Assembly (NCBI GenBank): GCA_951804945.1
Contig: OX638164.1
Location: 29,512,001-29,576,000, forward strand
Length of the DNA stretch: 64,000 nt
Source: Podarcis cretensis
Taxonomy: Eukaryota
Direction of reading: 5' to 3'
Part shown: positions 17,098-29,800 of the stretch, piece after piece
Numbering within the stretch: position 1 is the first letter of the stretch
How the letters are laid out: each line of letters opens with the position of its first letter
The notes under the pieces: model-generated
Database searches by the model: none
What the model saw: only the letters and a program-made list of their open reading frames with translations
What the model was told of the DNA's origin: nothing
Made by a program: the position numbers and the translations under genes

Positions 17098-17633
17098 CAG
17101 GCATGTCCAGCTCCCAAGTGACTGTGATCTACTCCCAGTATAAACATTCTGGAAGTGATCTACCCATGGGGGGGGGAGAGCAAAGGTTTTTGACCTTTTT
17201 TAGAGGGAGCGAAGTCAAAGTTGATGACCTTTTTCTAGGGGCGGGGGCTAAAGTTGATAAACTTTTTAAATTTCAGATAGGTAGCCATGTTGGTCTGACA
17301 CAGTCGAAATAAATAAAATAAATAAATTATCCAGCAGCACCTCAGAGACCAACTAAGTATGTTCTGGGTATAAGCTTTTGTGTGCATGCACACTTCTTCA
17401 AATAACACTTTTTAAAGGGAGAAATAGCAAAGCTTATAGAGCTCACCTACAACAACAACAACGCAGCTGTAACAAGTACTTTCGCTTTCTAACTCCTCGA
17501 CAAAATATTCATTTCACACAACAGGAAGAGTGGCGGCAGGGACTTTCTCTCCATTGCTAATCACTACTGCCAATCAAAACGGATCCCACGAGCGACCAGG
17601 GTCATCCTGGGATCAACTGGTTAGACATCCCTG
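17098..17633. mobile_element. Non-autonomous hAT (Charlie-like) element with a nested retroelement fragment (about 17275-17405)
   Basis: Termini CAGGCATGTCCA...TAGACATCCCTG; 8-bp TSD CTCTAGAA/TTCTAGAA, the nTCTAGAn target typical of Charlie-type hATs. Confidence 0.78.
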
Positions 17634-18543
17634 TTCTAGAACATCTACCATGAAGTGCACCCTGGCTACTTCCCCTTCTAGCAGAGCCAGGGCAGCCCCC
17701 TTCCCCAAGCTGCTGGGACCTCTGTTACTCCCCCTACCCTTCCATTGCTTTCTCTTAATCCACACTATTCTCCAACATCCATTTGCAGCAGCAGGGCCAA
17801 TAGCATGGGCGTAGCAAGGATTTTTGTTTGGGAGGGCTTTGTTGGGGGGGAGAAACCCACGTGATTGGTCATTTAGTTAAGTATTTCTATTGTTTTACTT
17901 GATCTAGAGGGGGCAACTGTCCCCCCCCCCTTGGCTAATGGTGAGGGAGGATCAGAAGTCATCTTGCCATACTTCCTACTGTCTTTGAGAGATGAAGTTG
18001 GAAACTAGATTATATTGCCCCACAAATGTGGGATCTTGCCAGAGAGCTGTATCTTTCTCTGATAGCTCTTCACATGGAGAGCAAGATGCACTTTTTCTAC
18101 CAGGTTTTGGGCTGATTATCTACTTGTTCTTCTTCCTACTACTATGGGTGCTGGCTTTTAAAAATAGCATTTACTTTGGGGGTTAACAGTTTAGAAAAGT
18201 GGTAGATAACACAAGTGCACATTAATGTGTACATGATGAATGTGTGTTGGCAGACCCTGATTTTCTACCTGCTGCAGACATACGAAGCAGCAGTAAAGGA
18301 GGGGAGGCAGCGGCTAGCTACCTTTCATGAGCACAGCCAGGGAGGTGCAGAGACAGCTGCCCCCGCCCAATTCAAGTAAATAAATCTAAATAGTGAACTA
18401 ACTGACCAGATCATTTGGTTCTTCCCCTCACCCCCCAACATAAAGCCTGCCACTCCTAAAATAAATCCTGATTCTGCTCATTCTGCCTTTTCTGTTTAAG
18501 GTGGCGCTAAAATTGAATGCCCAATACCTCCCCCACATTTAAA

Positions 18544-18700
18544 TTTGGCGCGCGTCTTTCCTACTGGCTCCGCAAACCAACCAATGGGCGAGCAGATAAC
18601 GATCCGTGCGCCCAATCCCTGCGTTCGTCTGACGCAGCCGAGGGCCAATGGGAATGCTAAAAGGTTGCGTCCAATGAGAAGAAAGAGCGGCGGCTATAAA
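18544..18700 (+). promoter_or_regulatory. H2AX promoter: E2F site, four CCAAT boxes and TATA box
   Basis: TTTGGCGC 18544; CCAAT at 18581, 18612, 18645, 18671; TATAAA 18695-18700. Confidence 0.8.
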
Positions 18701-18785
18701 TGGGTAGGAAAGCGCGGGCTTTCTTTCCCCATTCATTCTTCGGTGGCTCGTTCACCTTTGGCGCCAGATCTTTCAGCCGAGAAGC

Positions 18786-19226
18786 ATGTCGGGCCGCGGG
18801 AAAACCGGGGGCGGCAAGGCTCGGGCCAAGGCGAAGTCGCGCTCGTCGCGGGCCGGGCTGCAATTCCCGGTGGGGCGCGTGCACCGGCTGCTGCGGCGCG
18901 GCCACTACGCGGAGCGGGTCGGGGCCGGGGCGCCCGTCTACCTCGCCGCGGTGCTGGAGTACCTGACTGCCGAGATCCTGGAGCTGGCGGGCAACGCGGC
19001 GCGGGACAACCGCAAGACGCGCATCGTACCTCGCCACGTGCAGCTGGCCGTGCGCAACGACGAGGAGCTCAGCCGCCTCCTGGGCCGCGTCACCATCGCG
19101 CAGGGCGGCGTCCTGCCCAACATCCCCGCCGCCCTTCTGCCCCGCAAGGCCGGCGCTGGAGGAGGAGGAGCGGCGAGCGGAGCGGCGCCGAGGAAGAAAG
19201 CCACCCAGGCCTCCCAGGAATACTAG
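18786..19226 (+). CDS. H2AX: Histone H2A.X, intronless, 146 aa
   Basis: Full H2A fold ([17 protein letters not shown]...[21 protein letters not shown]...[11 protein letters not shown]) with the C-terminal SQEY motif. Lies between DPAGT1 and HMBS, the conserved position. Confidence 0.98.
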   Translation: MSGRGKTGGGKARAKAKSRSSRAGLQFPVGRVHRLLRRGHYAERVGAGAPVYLAAVLEYLTAEILELAGNAARDNRKTRIVPRHVQLAVRNDEELSRLLGRVTIAQGGVLPNIPAALLPRKAGAGGGGAASGAAPRKKATQASQEY

Positions 19227-19453
19227 GCGGGCGAGCAGCAGCATCCTCTGGACGGGACTCCGGTAGCAGCCGGCGAAGGATGGACACGAGGACGGATCAC
19301 GCAACCCCCCTGTTTTCCTTGGGGTTTGGTTTGGGACAAGGGTCAGGCGCCAGGACTGAGCGCATGGTTGCCTGGCCCACAAACGGATTGCTGAACTGGG
19401 TGGGGATCCCGTTGAAATTACGTTGCAGGGATCGCAGTGTTGGCTTTTGTTTT

Positions 19454-19459
19454 ATTAAA
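19454..19459 (+). terminator. Candidate H2AX polyadenylation signal ATTAAA
   Basis: ATTAAA about 230 nt after the stop, with a U-rich stretch upstream and U/G-rich sequence downstream. Confidence 0.6.
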
Positions 19460-20870
19460 CGAATTTGCGCTGTTTAAACTGGGCTTTCTTAAGTTTATAT
19501 GGGTGGGGGCAAGCCGGTTAGAAAATAAGCGGCAGGTGAGCTCTGCAAGGTTTCGCAAGAGCTACGTTCAGTGCACCAGTTTCAGTAGGCTGTATGATAA
19601 CTCTTTATCAAGAAATTATTACATTCTTGCACTTTGCCAGGTTCAAACTCTGGGGAAGACTGGGATTGCCCCTTGCCTGAAGGCATCTGCAGGACCTTTG
19701 CCCGTTACTGTAAACAGTACTGTACTGAGCTGCATGAGCCAGTGGCCTGGCTGAGTGTAAGGCAGCTTCCTGTGTCCTCTTGGTCCTTACCATAAAAAGT
19801 TGAGGGTGTAGTAGAGATGTGGTATAGAAAAGCAGAGAGAGGAGTATCCACTGGTGCAGATTAAGATTCATGGTAGCCCAAAGCAGCATGGCTAACAGGC
19901 AGGAGAAAGGTCATTGTTGGCTTGGCATAGAAAACAGGTGGGCTTTCCCCCACCCCCCAATTAGACCATGCTGACTGGGACTGACATTTGTTTGGTGAAA
20001 ACAGCCAAAGGGAACTCTCTTTCCTAACTTAATGGACTTTCCTGCCATTAGGCAAAAGGGTATTAAATTAATGGAGGTGACAGATGGCTCTATGGAGCTT
20101 ACAGCATCTTGCTTTCATGTCCTGCTTATTGTATGGGTGCCTGGAAGCAGCTAGTTAGCCACTGTTGGAAAGAGGATGGAGTTCTGAAGATCATCTGAGA
20201 TTTACAAAGTTTTCTTTCTACCCACCCTTACTTCATGACGGTTCTGTTATGACCAGGCAGGTTTGCTCCTTCCTGCTAAAGCCCTTTGGTGATTGTTTTG
20301 CAATACTCAGGTGAAAACAGGTCTGTTTACAAACTCAAAGAATTCTGGAAATTGTGGTTGCTTTAAGAGTGCTGGTATTGCAGCTCCCAGGGCAGACTGG
20401 TTCCCAGGGTTCTTTGAGGGAAAGCCATGTGCTTTAAAGGAGCTGGTATGCATACACAAGTAAGCTGCAGTAGATTCAGCTATAGCTAAACAAATAAGAA
20501 TTCCACTACTTTCAGTTTAAATCTCTTTAATCCATTTGGCAATAATTAAAAAAAATATACACTTCATTCTATGCAACTGTACCAGGTTACATTATTCCTT
20601 ACAGCAATCAATGAAGGCACCAACTTCTTTTAAATGGTTCTCTTTCTCAAAATTCAGGCTGTGTGTTAAAGGGAGTGATCCCCGCCAGCATGAATCTTCC
20701 ATTGGAGGCTACAGCATGAGTCAGTCCTTAGCAGCACAGGTAAACTGTGGCGTAGCTACCATAATAAATTAAGATTCCCTTCACCGAGAGGGCAGTGGTT
20801 GATTTGCAAGAGACTTCATTGCTTCCAGGAAGGACAACGGCTAGAGCTTGACATCCATGGCAGGCCCCCA

Positions 20871-23800
20871 TCAGGCATCGTTGAGCTGTCGGGCCACGTT
20901 GAGGATGTGCTTTGCCCCTCTGCTCAGGAGGAGCTCAGCCACCTGAATGCCTAACTTCTCTGCAGCCACTTGAGCAGACTGAGAGAAATTCTTTGCAGTG
21001 ATGCCAACATGCTGGATGTCATCGTTGGGGCCATCTTCGTTCTGAAAAGTAAAAGTAAGATGCAAAATCCCTTAGCCAGCAATAGGACATTTGAGGGTTA
21101 GAGGCAGCAATTCAAGATTCACATTTATTGAAGGATAGTGGGGGATGCTGTGGTCTAAACCACTGAGCCTAGGCCTTGCCGATCGGAAGGTCGGTGGTTC
21201 AAATCCCCGCGATGGGGTGAGCTCCTGGTGCTCGGTCCCAGCTCCTGCCAACCTAGCAGTTCAAAAGCACATCAAAGTGCAAATAGATAAATAGGTACCA
21301 CTCCAGCGGGAAGGTAAACAGCATTTTCGTGTGCTGCTCTGGTTTCGCCAGAAGCGGCTTAGTCATGCTGACCACATGACCCGGAAAAACTTGTGGACAA
21401 ACGCCAGCTCTGTCAGCCAGTAAAGCGAGATGAGTGCCGCAACCCCACAGTCATTCACGACTGGACTTAACTGTCAGGGGTCCTTTTAGTGAGCCTCCAA
21501 ATTTAACATTGGTTTTGTATCCTGCAGTAAAATTAGAGGAGGGAAAACAACCCATATGAACGAGATGCTACGATTGTACAGCTGGTCTTTTAATGGAGGA
21601 GGCTGAACAAGTGTGACTAACACTATTGGCCAAAACATCTATGAGCTTGTTAGCACATTACAATAAGCCATGGTTCAGTGTGAATGAGGAGCATGCTACT
21701 GCATACTTTGCAATAGTTCCTGCTTCACTCCTGTGAAGCAAACCAGGAAGTTGCACTTAAGCTTTGCTTCCTGTTAACACTGAAATCCAGGATTAGGGTC
21801 TGTTGCTGCCTTACATACAGTGGCTTGTTTGGGAGCAACAGGCCACAGTCTCTGCTTTGGATATAATAGGAAACAAAGCTTAAATAAGGTGTGGGGAAGC
21901 TTTGTCCCTCCAGATATTACTGAACTACAATTTCCATCAGTCTGAACAAGCAGGACCCATTGCTAGGAATGATGGGAAGTGTAGTTCAGCAACAGCCAAA
22001 AGCTCCCCACTTTGCTTAGATGTAGTTTTATTGGGTTTTTTCTCTCTCATGTCATGGGAGGAGCCAAGCAGAAAGGTTTTCCCCTGTGTGGAAGCCTAGA
22101 AAATGTGCTGTTTTGCAATACAGTAGCGGGTACCTCATGTGGAAAATAATTCATGCTTGCTTGCATGGTCTCACGTAGGCTCTCTGATCCATCAAGGCTG
22201 TAGACTGCTCCAGTCAAATATAACTAGGGAAAATAAAGAGAAAATGTCAACAGCACCGCACACAGCTCTCCCTTTGGAGGTGGTGCAGGAAAACCAAGGG
22301 ATAGGCAGTGTGTGACATCTTCTACAAGAGTCTGGGATTCAGCATTAAGTCACCTTTTTAAAAAGGAAGGGTCCTAGAAGGACAGGAAGGAATTATCAGG
22401 CTGGAAGCAGCAACTTAAACTTTTATGTGAACTACCAAATCTTCCAGGATGAGTGCTGAGACTGATCCAGTCAAAAGGGAAATGAATGTCTGAAGTGGGG
22501 GGATTGCCAACTCAGCATTTTTAAAGTGGTTTATAAATGCTTTTTAATAATAACTATCAGCAACAGCCAATAGGATGATGGGGATTGGAATCAAACATCT
22601 GGAGAACCACAGATTCCCCATCTCTGGCCAGCAAACACCTAGTCGGTTGGTAATAACCATACATTATCTTCTGGTGATCCTTACAACAACCCTATAGAGT
22701 AGGCCAGTGTTGTTATCCTTGTACTGCAGGTGGAAGGCCAAGAAGGTGGGTCACATGTCATGAATGTGAGTTCGCTGGTTCAAGGGTTCTTTGCTCCATC
22801 TCAGTCAGGGAACACTTCCCTTCATACCAAGCAGGGCTATTGCATCCAGCACAGGTCTCTCCCTCCACCAACTGCTTTCAATGCTGGGAGCGGCCCACAA
22901 ACCATTGCTAAGAGAGACCCAGCCTGGCAGCTGGCTGGAAAAAACAAGGCCTATGGTATTCTGAATTGTCATTACCTGGAAGTCCTTCAGCACGGTGTTC
23001 ACTGCCACAGGGACACTGCAGCCACCTTCCTGGAATGGAAAATGTTAGGGAGATGAACGACGCTGCTGCCAAGCCTCCCTCTTCATTTTACTTTTAATTA
23101 GCATAGCACACCACTTTTCCATATTACTAAACAAGGCGGTTCACAGCAACAAAATATACAACAAAGAACACACCTTGTCATAACCTGATCCAATTAAAAA
23201 AGCCATAACATGGCATAACTTTAATGAATGACATATCAAATAAAGTAATATTCAATAATCTATTTGACTATAATGGTACACAATAAAATAACTCAAAACA
23301 TCAACCAATGATGACTAAACAAATTCACTCTTAACAATTGCAATAAACTATCAATAATAACCGCAAGTCACAATGCATACCATGGGAAAGGATCAAACTG
23401 AGAAACGCAACTCAGAACTATTTTTTAAAAAAAAAATATCCCTGAACTCCTCTTCTCCCTGGGAAGGAAGCACCCCACTGCCCTGAGCCCCACATAAGCA
23501 GGTGGCTGCTGTGGCCTCCGATCAAGCACTTCCTGAAACCTACCAAGTGCTTCATGAAGGCCCTCTCTGCAATGCAGCGCAGCACCGTCTCACCGTCGTG
23601 CAGGACGGACACCATATCGAGGATCTCCTGGTCCCTGGCTCTCACCTCCACTGCTAGGGCTCCCTGGAGAAAGGAAGAGGAGCAGGGAAAGAGGCCCTTC
23701 TCAGCTTCTAGAACAGCCTAGTGGCTACGCAGCCCCCACAGCGTTCAAAGCCTCTGCTCTGCAACAACCAGGGTCAGCAGTCAGATAACAACAGGAGCAG

Positions 23801-26800
23801 AGTCTCTCTACTCTGTGAAGCAGGCTTGAGCTTGAGATGGAGACATATGACCACCAAAGCATCCACTACCCCTTTTCCCCACAAGCCCCTGCTAAAAACT
23901 GCTTTGAGTGGGTGGGGGGGGGGGGAAGCCAGCCATACTGACCCATAAGAAAAATTTCTAAATCCATATTATGCCAATGCCTTTATTAGGTCAACCAAAA
24001 TGTCACAATATAGTGCAAGCTTTTAAGTTTCTGTGTTTTCTTTACTTCAGCCCAATGAATATTTCTGGGGGACTCAAAAGCTGGCACAATATTTTGTGAC
24101 ATTCTGGTTGGCTTTATAAAGTAATTGCCCTGTGATGGATTTTGGCATTTTTGTTGCTGGGATTTCCGAGAGACAAAAGAACATGTCTTCAAGGATTCCC
24201 ACAATGCATACATTTCACCCACTTTTGGACAAGGGGCAAGCAAGGCATGCAGTGAAAGAGAGCTTAGCAACATTTTTAAATTTGGGGAAAGCCACTTTTA
24301 CAGTTTACAGTTCATGCACTTTACAGTACATGGCCAGGATTGATTTGGGGATGTAGGCCAACAAATTCTAGAGGGCCACAGGTTAGCCATACCTGCACAA
24401 ATGGGAGGATGCAGAAGCTGGTACCCACCAGGGCAAGCGGCGCAGCCTCGGAGCACCAAGGCCATTTAACCTTCCAGCTTTGGGATTCACACCAGGTGAG
24501 AGTTTGCTCTCTAGAGAGAATTTGTTGGAAGGTGTGCATAGCCTGACTTTGGGGTGCTCATTTGAGGGCGAGGAGCAGTTGGAGAAAGAGCGAAAGGCAC
24601 CCTCAAGAAGAAGGGGTGTGTTGGGGAGGCTCAGCTGGGCCAGAACGGAGAGCACATCACATACCTGCCCAACTGCGTACAAGCAGTCTGCGGGGCTCAG
24701 GACCTGGAGTGGAGGGAAGCAGAACGAGGGTTGGTGATGCTCAGAACAAAGGCGGAGCAAAATATTTTATTTATTTTAAATTTGTATTCAGCCCTATACA
24801 CCTCAGGGCGTTTCACAAATTCATTCAGTTTATATATCCCGAAGGAATGCAGACATCAGTGAGCATCTCAAGAACTGAAGACACAAGGAGGAGAAGCTCC
24901 CTGGGCACGATGAAGAGGCTGCGGCGGCGGGGGGGGGGGGGGATGACGACGACACAACCTCCATCCCAAACTCTTCTGCCCTACTTACTTGACCAATGCG
25001 GCTGTCCCAGCCCATCCGCCTGAGGCCAGCCGCTGCCAGGACAATGGCGCTGAAATCCTCCTTCTCATCCAGCTTCTTCAAGCGAGTGTTCAAATTTCCC
25101 CTCTACAAGAAGGATTAAGGGAAAACCACAGAGATCCCTGGTTGGATGGCCCATGGCCTACACTTCCAGAGCTGGCCACCAGGGAGGGTGTTCTAACACC
25201 ACAGTCCCTCTCTGCAGGGGAGAAGGTGGCTCAAGACCTTAGCTCCTCTGCCAGGCCTCCGGGCTGCATCTCAGCACAATGCCTGGCTAGGCCCCGATTC
25301 AAAGCCAAGCCAGGGATGTGGGGCCTTGAAAAAGTTCATATTCAATATAACAAAAGCTGCATATTCAAAGGAATGACCACATTCTCCACTAGGAAATTCA
25401 ACCTCCATGAGGTGTCCTTTTCGCACATGGTGGCAAGATTTGAGTGCAAAGGCTAAGCATGGTGAGACGGGGGAGGGGTACAGAGAGGGGGCATCACTGG
25501 TTTTTCAAGGGCCAGTCTAAGTCAAGGGGTCATTTTCAAAGGATACAATATCCCTGAATTCCAGGTGAGGGAACTTTCTCTTCAGCTGAGCTGCCCGGCG
25601 AAGTGAGCTGGTCCCAATCACGCTGCCAGAGAGCCAAAAGGAAAACAGTGTCAAAGAAGAGTCTGGACTGGCCAGCCTCACCCGTCTGAGCAGAGTTAGG
25701 AACAGTCCCCCCGGACACCTCTGCACAAACATTGTCTACACGGGACCATGTGCTGTTATTTCCAGGCAGCAAAGTGTCAACTCTGGCCAAGACCTCAGGC
25801 AGGCAGGGACCCCTCTCAGCACTGCTACCCAAGAGGTGTTGAAGCTGGGGCAAAATGCTAATTTCAGCCCTTCCTGCACACCAGATGGAACCCAAGGAAG
25901 GAACAAGTGGAACTCACCTCTTCTCAGGGAGGCTGTGGAGGCTCTTGCCTGCATGCTTAGGGTGGAAGACGACCGCATCATATGGACTCTCTCTCCTGCA
26001 ACGGACAGACAGGGTTGCCTTTTAGGGAGCAGGTCAGCAGCAGCAGTTGCCTCCCAAGTTTCTTGCAAAGAGACAGCGGGAGGCTACATGACCTGGACTT
26101 TTGTCTGTTCACAGCCAAGGCCACCACTTGGCCTAAGGCAGTGGCCAGTTGAGATGGGTTAAAGAAGGCGTTACCCATCTGATGCTCTGGAAGTTAGGTG
26201 GTTTGGTGGGCACGCCCACTTCCACAGGGAACCAACAGCTGACGTGGAAATGGGAAGTCGGATGCCTGGCCAGGCCAAACTTTGATGGACCAAGAGCCAG
26301 AGCGTTGAGCACCAGTCAGGCAGAAGGAAGCAGAGGAGCCCAAACTCACTTGCAAATTGCGCCAATGGTGAAGCCAGGTGGGAGGGATGTGGGCAGGTCC
26401 TTCAGGGAGTGAACCACCAAGTCAACCCTGGAAGGGAAGAAATAAGCTGGTTATGGGTGTGCCAAACCTATGCGCCCAGGATGGGCAGAGAGAGCAATTA
26501 TGAAGCATAAGACCTCAGCGCAGATGCCTGCTTGGCTATGAAGCTTTGCTGGGTGGGCCTGGGCATGTCAGCCTCAATGTGGCCTACTGCTCAGGATTGC
26601 TGTGACACAGTTTTAAACACCAGACCCTGATGTTTCAGAAAGAGCAGGAAAAACACCCGTTATTTTACGGAAGGCACCAGAGCTCTCTCTTCCCAGTTAT
26701 GCGCCATGACTAGGTTCCCCCTCCCCACAATTGCTGGAAACGCTTTCGCTCAAGAGAAGACTTCCTGGCTCTGGAAGAATCCATTGCCTACAAAGGACAT

Positions 26801-29800
26801 AGACTCCTGCTCAAAGCAAAAGCACCAGCACCAAGGGCACCACCAGGCATTGCCTGCCAAGGAGAGCTTTCTCCTGCACTTCCCAGCCAAACAGAACTTA
26901 CTCATTTCTTTCCAGTGCATTTTCCAGTTCCTTCGTAAATAGGCTTTTCTCGCCAATCTAAATAGGAAAAGAGCATGTTACAACCTGGGCTGCTTTTTCT
27001 ATCCACTGCTGGTTGCGTCTTGAGCCCATGGAGCATACGGCTTCTTACCTTGGACAGAGCTGTGTCCAGGATCTTGTCACCTGTGGTTGACATGGCAACT
27101 ATTCAGAGAGAGAGAGAGGAAGGAAAGAAGGAAGAGGGAAGATCAGGAAGGATGACAAGCACCAGTAGGACATGAGCTACAACAAGGGTGAGCAATGTGT
27201 GGACTTCCTAGATGCTCACTGCTTTAGTAGGGTAGGATACAAACTGGCGCCAGGAAAAAACACCCCTCTTATCCTAGGCCTTTGGCTACTTAAATAATCT
27301 ATGGCCTTTTAAACTGTGTGGGTGGGGGATATTGTTTATGTTTGCTACTATTTAACGTGTGGCATAACTGATAATGTGTTGGGTGTAGGACCTGGGAGAC
27401 CAGGGTTCGAATTCCCACTCAGCCATGAAGCTCACTGGGTATCTCTTAGTCTAACCTACCTCACAGGGCTGTTGAGAGGATGAAATGGGGAGGAGAACTA
27501 TGTACAATGCCTTGAGCTCATTGGAAGGGGAAAAAGGCATACAGTGGTGCCTCGCAAGACGAAATTAATCCGTTCCGCGAGTCTCTTCGTCTAGCGGTTT
27601 TTTCGTCTTGTGAAGCAAGCCCATTGACGGTTTAGCGGATTAGCGCTATTAGCGGCTTAGCGGATAAGCAGATAAGCGGCTTAGCGGCTTAGAAAAAGGG
27701 GAGGGAAAGGGGAAAAAAACCGCAGGAACTCGCAAGACATTTTCGTCTTGCGAAGCAAGCCCATAGGAAATTTGGTTTGCGAAGCACCTCCAAAACGGAA
27801 AACCCTTTCGTCTAGTGGGTTTTCCGTCTTGCGAGGCATTCGTCTTGCGGGGCACCATTGTATAAATGAAATAAATAAATAAATAAATAAATAAATAAAT
27901 GTTATGTATTTTGGGATTTTACAAGGTAAGCCACTCTGTGAGTCTTGAAGGAATGGTCATACAGAAATTAAATTAATTAATAATTAATAATATTAATAAT
28001 AATAATACAAAGCTAGGTGCCACACAAGCCCATCCTCTCCATGCACCAGGTCAGAAAAGCTCAGCACTCTGTCTGTGCACCTGAGGCTGCTCTTACCCAG
28101 CACCTGGATGGAGCTCCTGTGTTGGCTTGCTCTCTCCCCATCCACTACTTGGCCAATACCTAATTCCCAGGCTTCCTGCCTCACACACTCACCAATCTCA
28201 AAGCAGAGGTGAGGGTGGCGCTCCTGCAGCATCTGAACCACGCTGTCCGTTTGGATCCGGGCGAGCTGCAATTTCAGAGAGAAGGAAGGCAAAGTCAATC
28301 AGTGTGCCCTACTTATGACCCAAGAGGCGCAGGCGGCAAGTGTGCCCAACGCACCTGCTGTCAGAGGAAGACATGTGCGCAGATTCTTGCTCCGATATGC
28401 TGTTCCCACAACAGCCCAGAAGACATGAGACTTCAAGTCCCACTTCCTATGCACTTCACTCTCATCGGTTTTGGGTCCGGTTCATGTCTGTGATCTGCTC
28501 TGCCCCCCCTCCCCCCAGCTTTGGAGGCCCACAGAGAAAAAGCCAGACATGAAGAGAGCCAACCTGGCTTGAGCCAGTCAGAGAATGAAAAGGAAGCAAA
28601 GGCAGCAGCGCAGCTGATGTGTGCTCAGCAAACCTCCCAGAATGAAGCTCTGCAGAAATACCATTCATGGACGCCAAGTGTTGCAGGATTCCGGACAGGC
28701 AAAGGGAAGGACTTCTTCACACAGAGCGTAATTAAATTTCAGGGTTTGCTCCCACAAGACATAGAGATGGTCATCAATTTCAGGGGCTATAAAAGGGGGT
28801 GAAAGGCTATCAATGGAATATTAGCTACAATGGCCGTGTTGTGCATCCAGCGTTGGTGGTTGTGTGCCTTTGAATATCAGTTGCTGAGAATTGCAATAGT
28901 GAAAAGATTGCTGCTGGACTCAGGTCCTTCTTGTGGGTTTCCAAGAGGCATGTGGTTGGCCACTGTGAGAACCGGATACTGGACTAGATGGGTCTTTGAC
29001 GTGACCCGGCTGCAGGGCAATTCTTATGTTCTGAGAGAAGGAGTGGAGACCCACTTCTGGCGCCCAGGACAGGGCTTCTAGGGAAAAGGAGATGCCGCCC
29101 TGAGGTGCCGCCCCATCCTAGGCCCCTGTTCCAAACAGGCTTTCTGGGTTTATTCCTGAGCTGCCACCAGCCTCAACAACAGGAGGCAGATGGGAGATTA
29201 GCTCTCCACCGCAAGGGTGGAGCATTATCTTTCATTACAAGTCTGCCCCTCCCAGTCTTGGCTTTTGGGCGTACTTCTTTGCTCCTGCTAGGGCGGCCCA
29301 TGGGGAAATCTTTGCATCCTCCTGGCAAAAGAAAGGTCAGGGGAATTGATAGTTGCTCAACACCACCAAAGCAATTCAGCTGGAGAAGTATGGATTAATT
29401 GCCAAGTGGATACAAATGAAAAGTTTTAAGGTCGTTCTTCAATAAGCAGCAGCGAAGTAGCACAGCTGACAAAACACTTAAGGCAGTATAATGCAAATGA
29501 CGTAACAGCCTTACAAACGAAACCCTGTGGCTGCTAGCAAATTACAGCAATAGTAGCAAAGGGACAAAGTATTGAGGAGCAGCACTGAGTGAAATATAAT
29601 TCAGAAAGATGCACATTTGGGAATACAGCTCCTGTGATACTTAGCCTAATATGAATTTGGAATTTGCTACTGCTGAAGGGGAGGGCAAGGATAGTTCCCA
29701 GAATATGTGAGTTCCTGCAAAGCAGCCATTAAGAGCTCCGGCAGCAGTGGGGGACTCTAAGTCTAAGCTCTGCTTGATACAGAAAACCCAGCAAACATCT

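Noticed and set aside
18545-19477. 310-aa alternative-frame and 241-aa antisense ORFs over H2AX
   Set aside because: By-products of very high GC3 in the histone CDS; no recognisable domain.
27630-27692. Short interspersed TTAGCGG repeats that superficially resemble telomeric or CRISPR repeats
   Set aside because: Internal tandem units of a TA-flanked Tigger-like MITE; no unique spacers, and the context is vertebrate.
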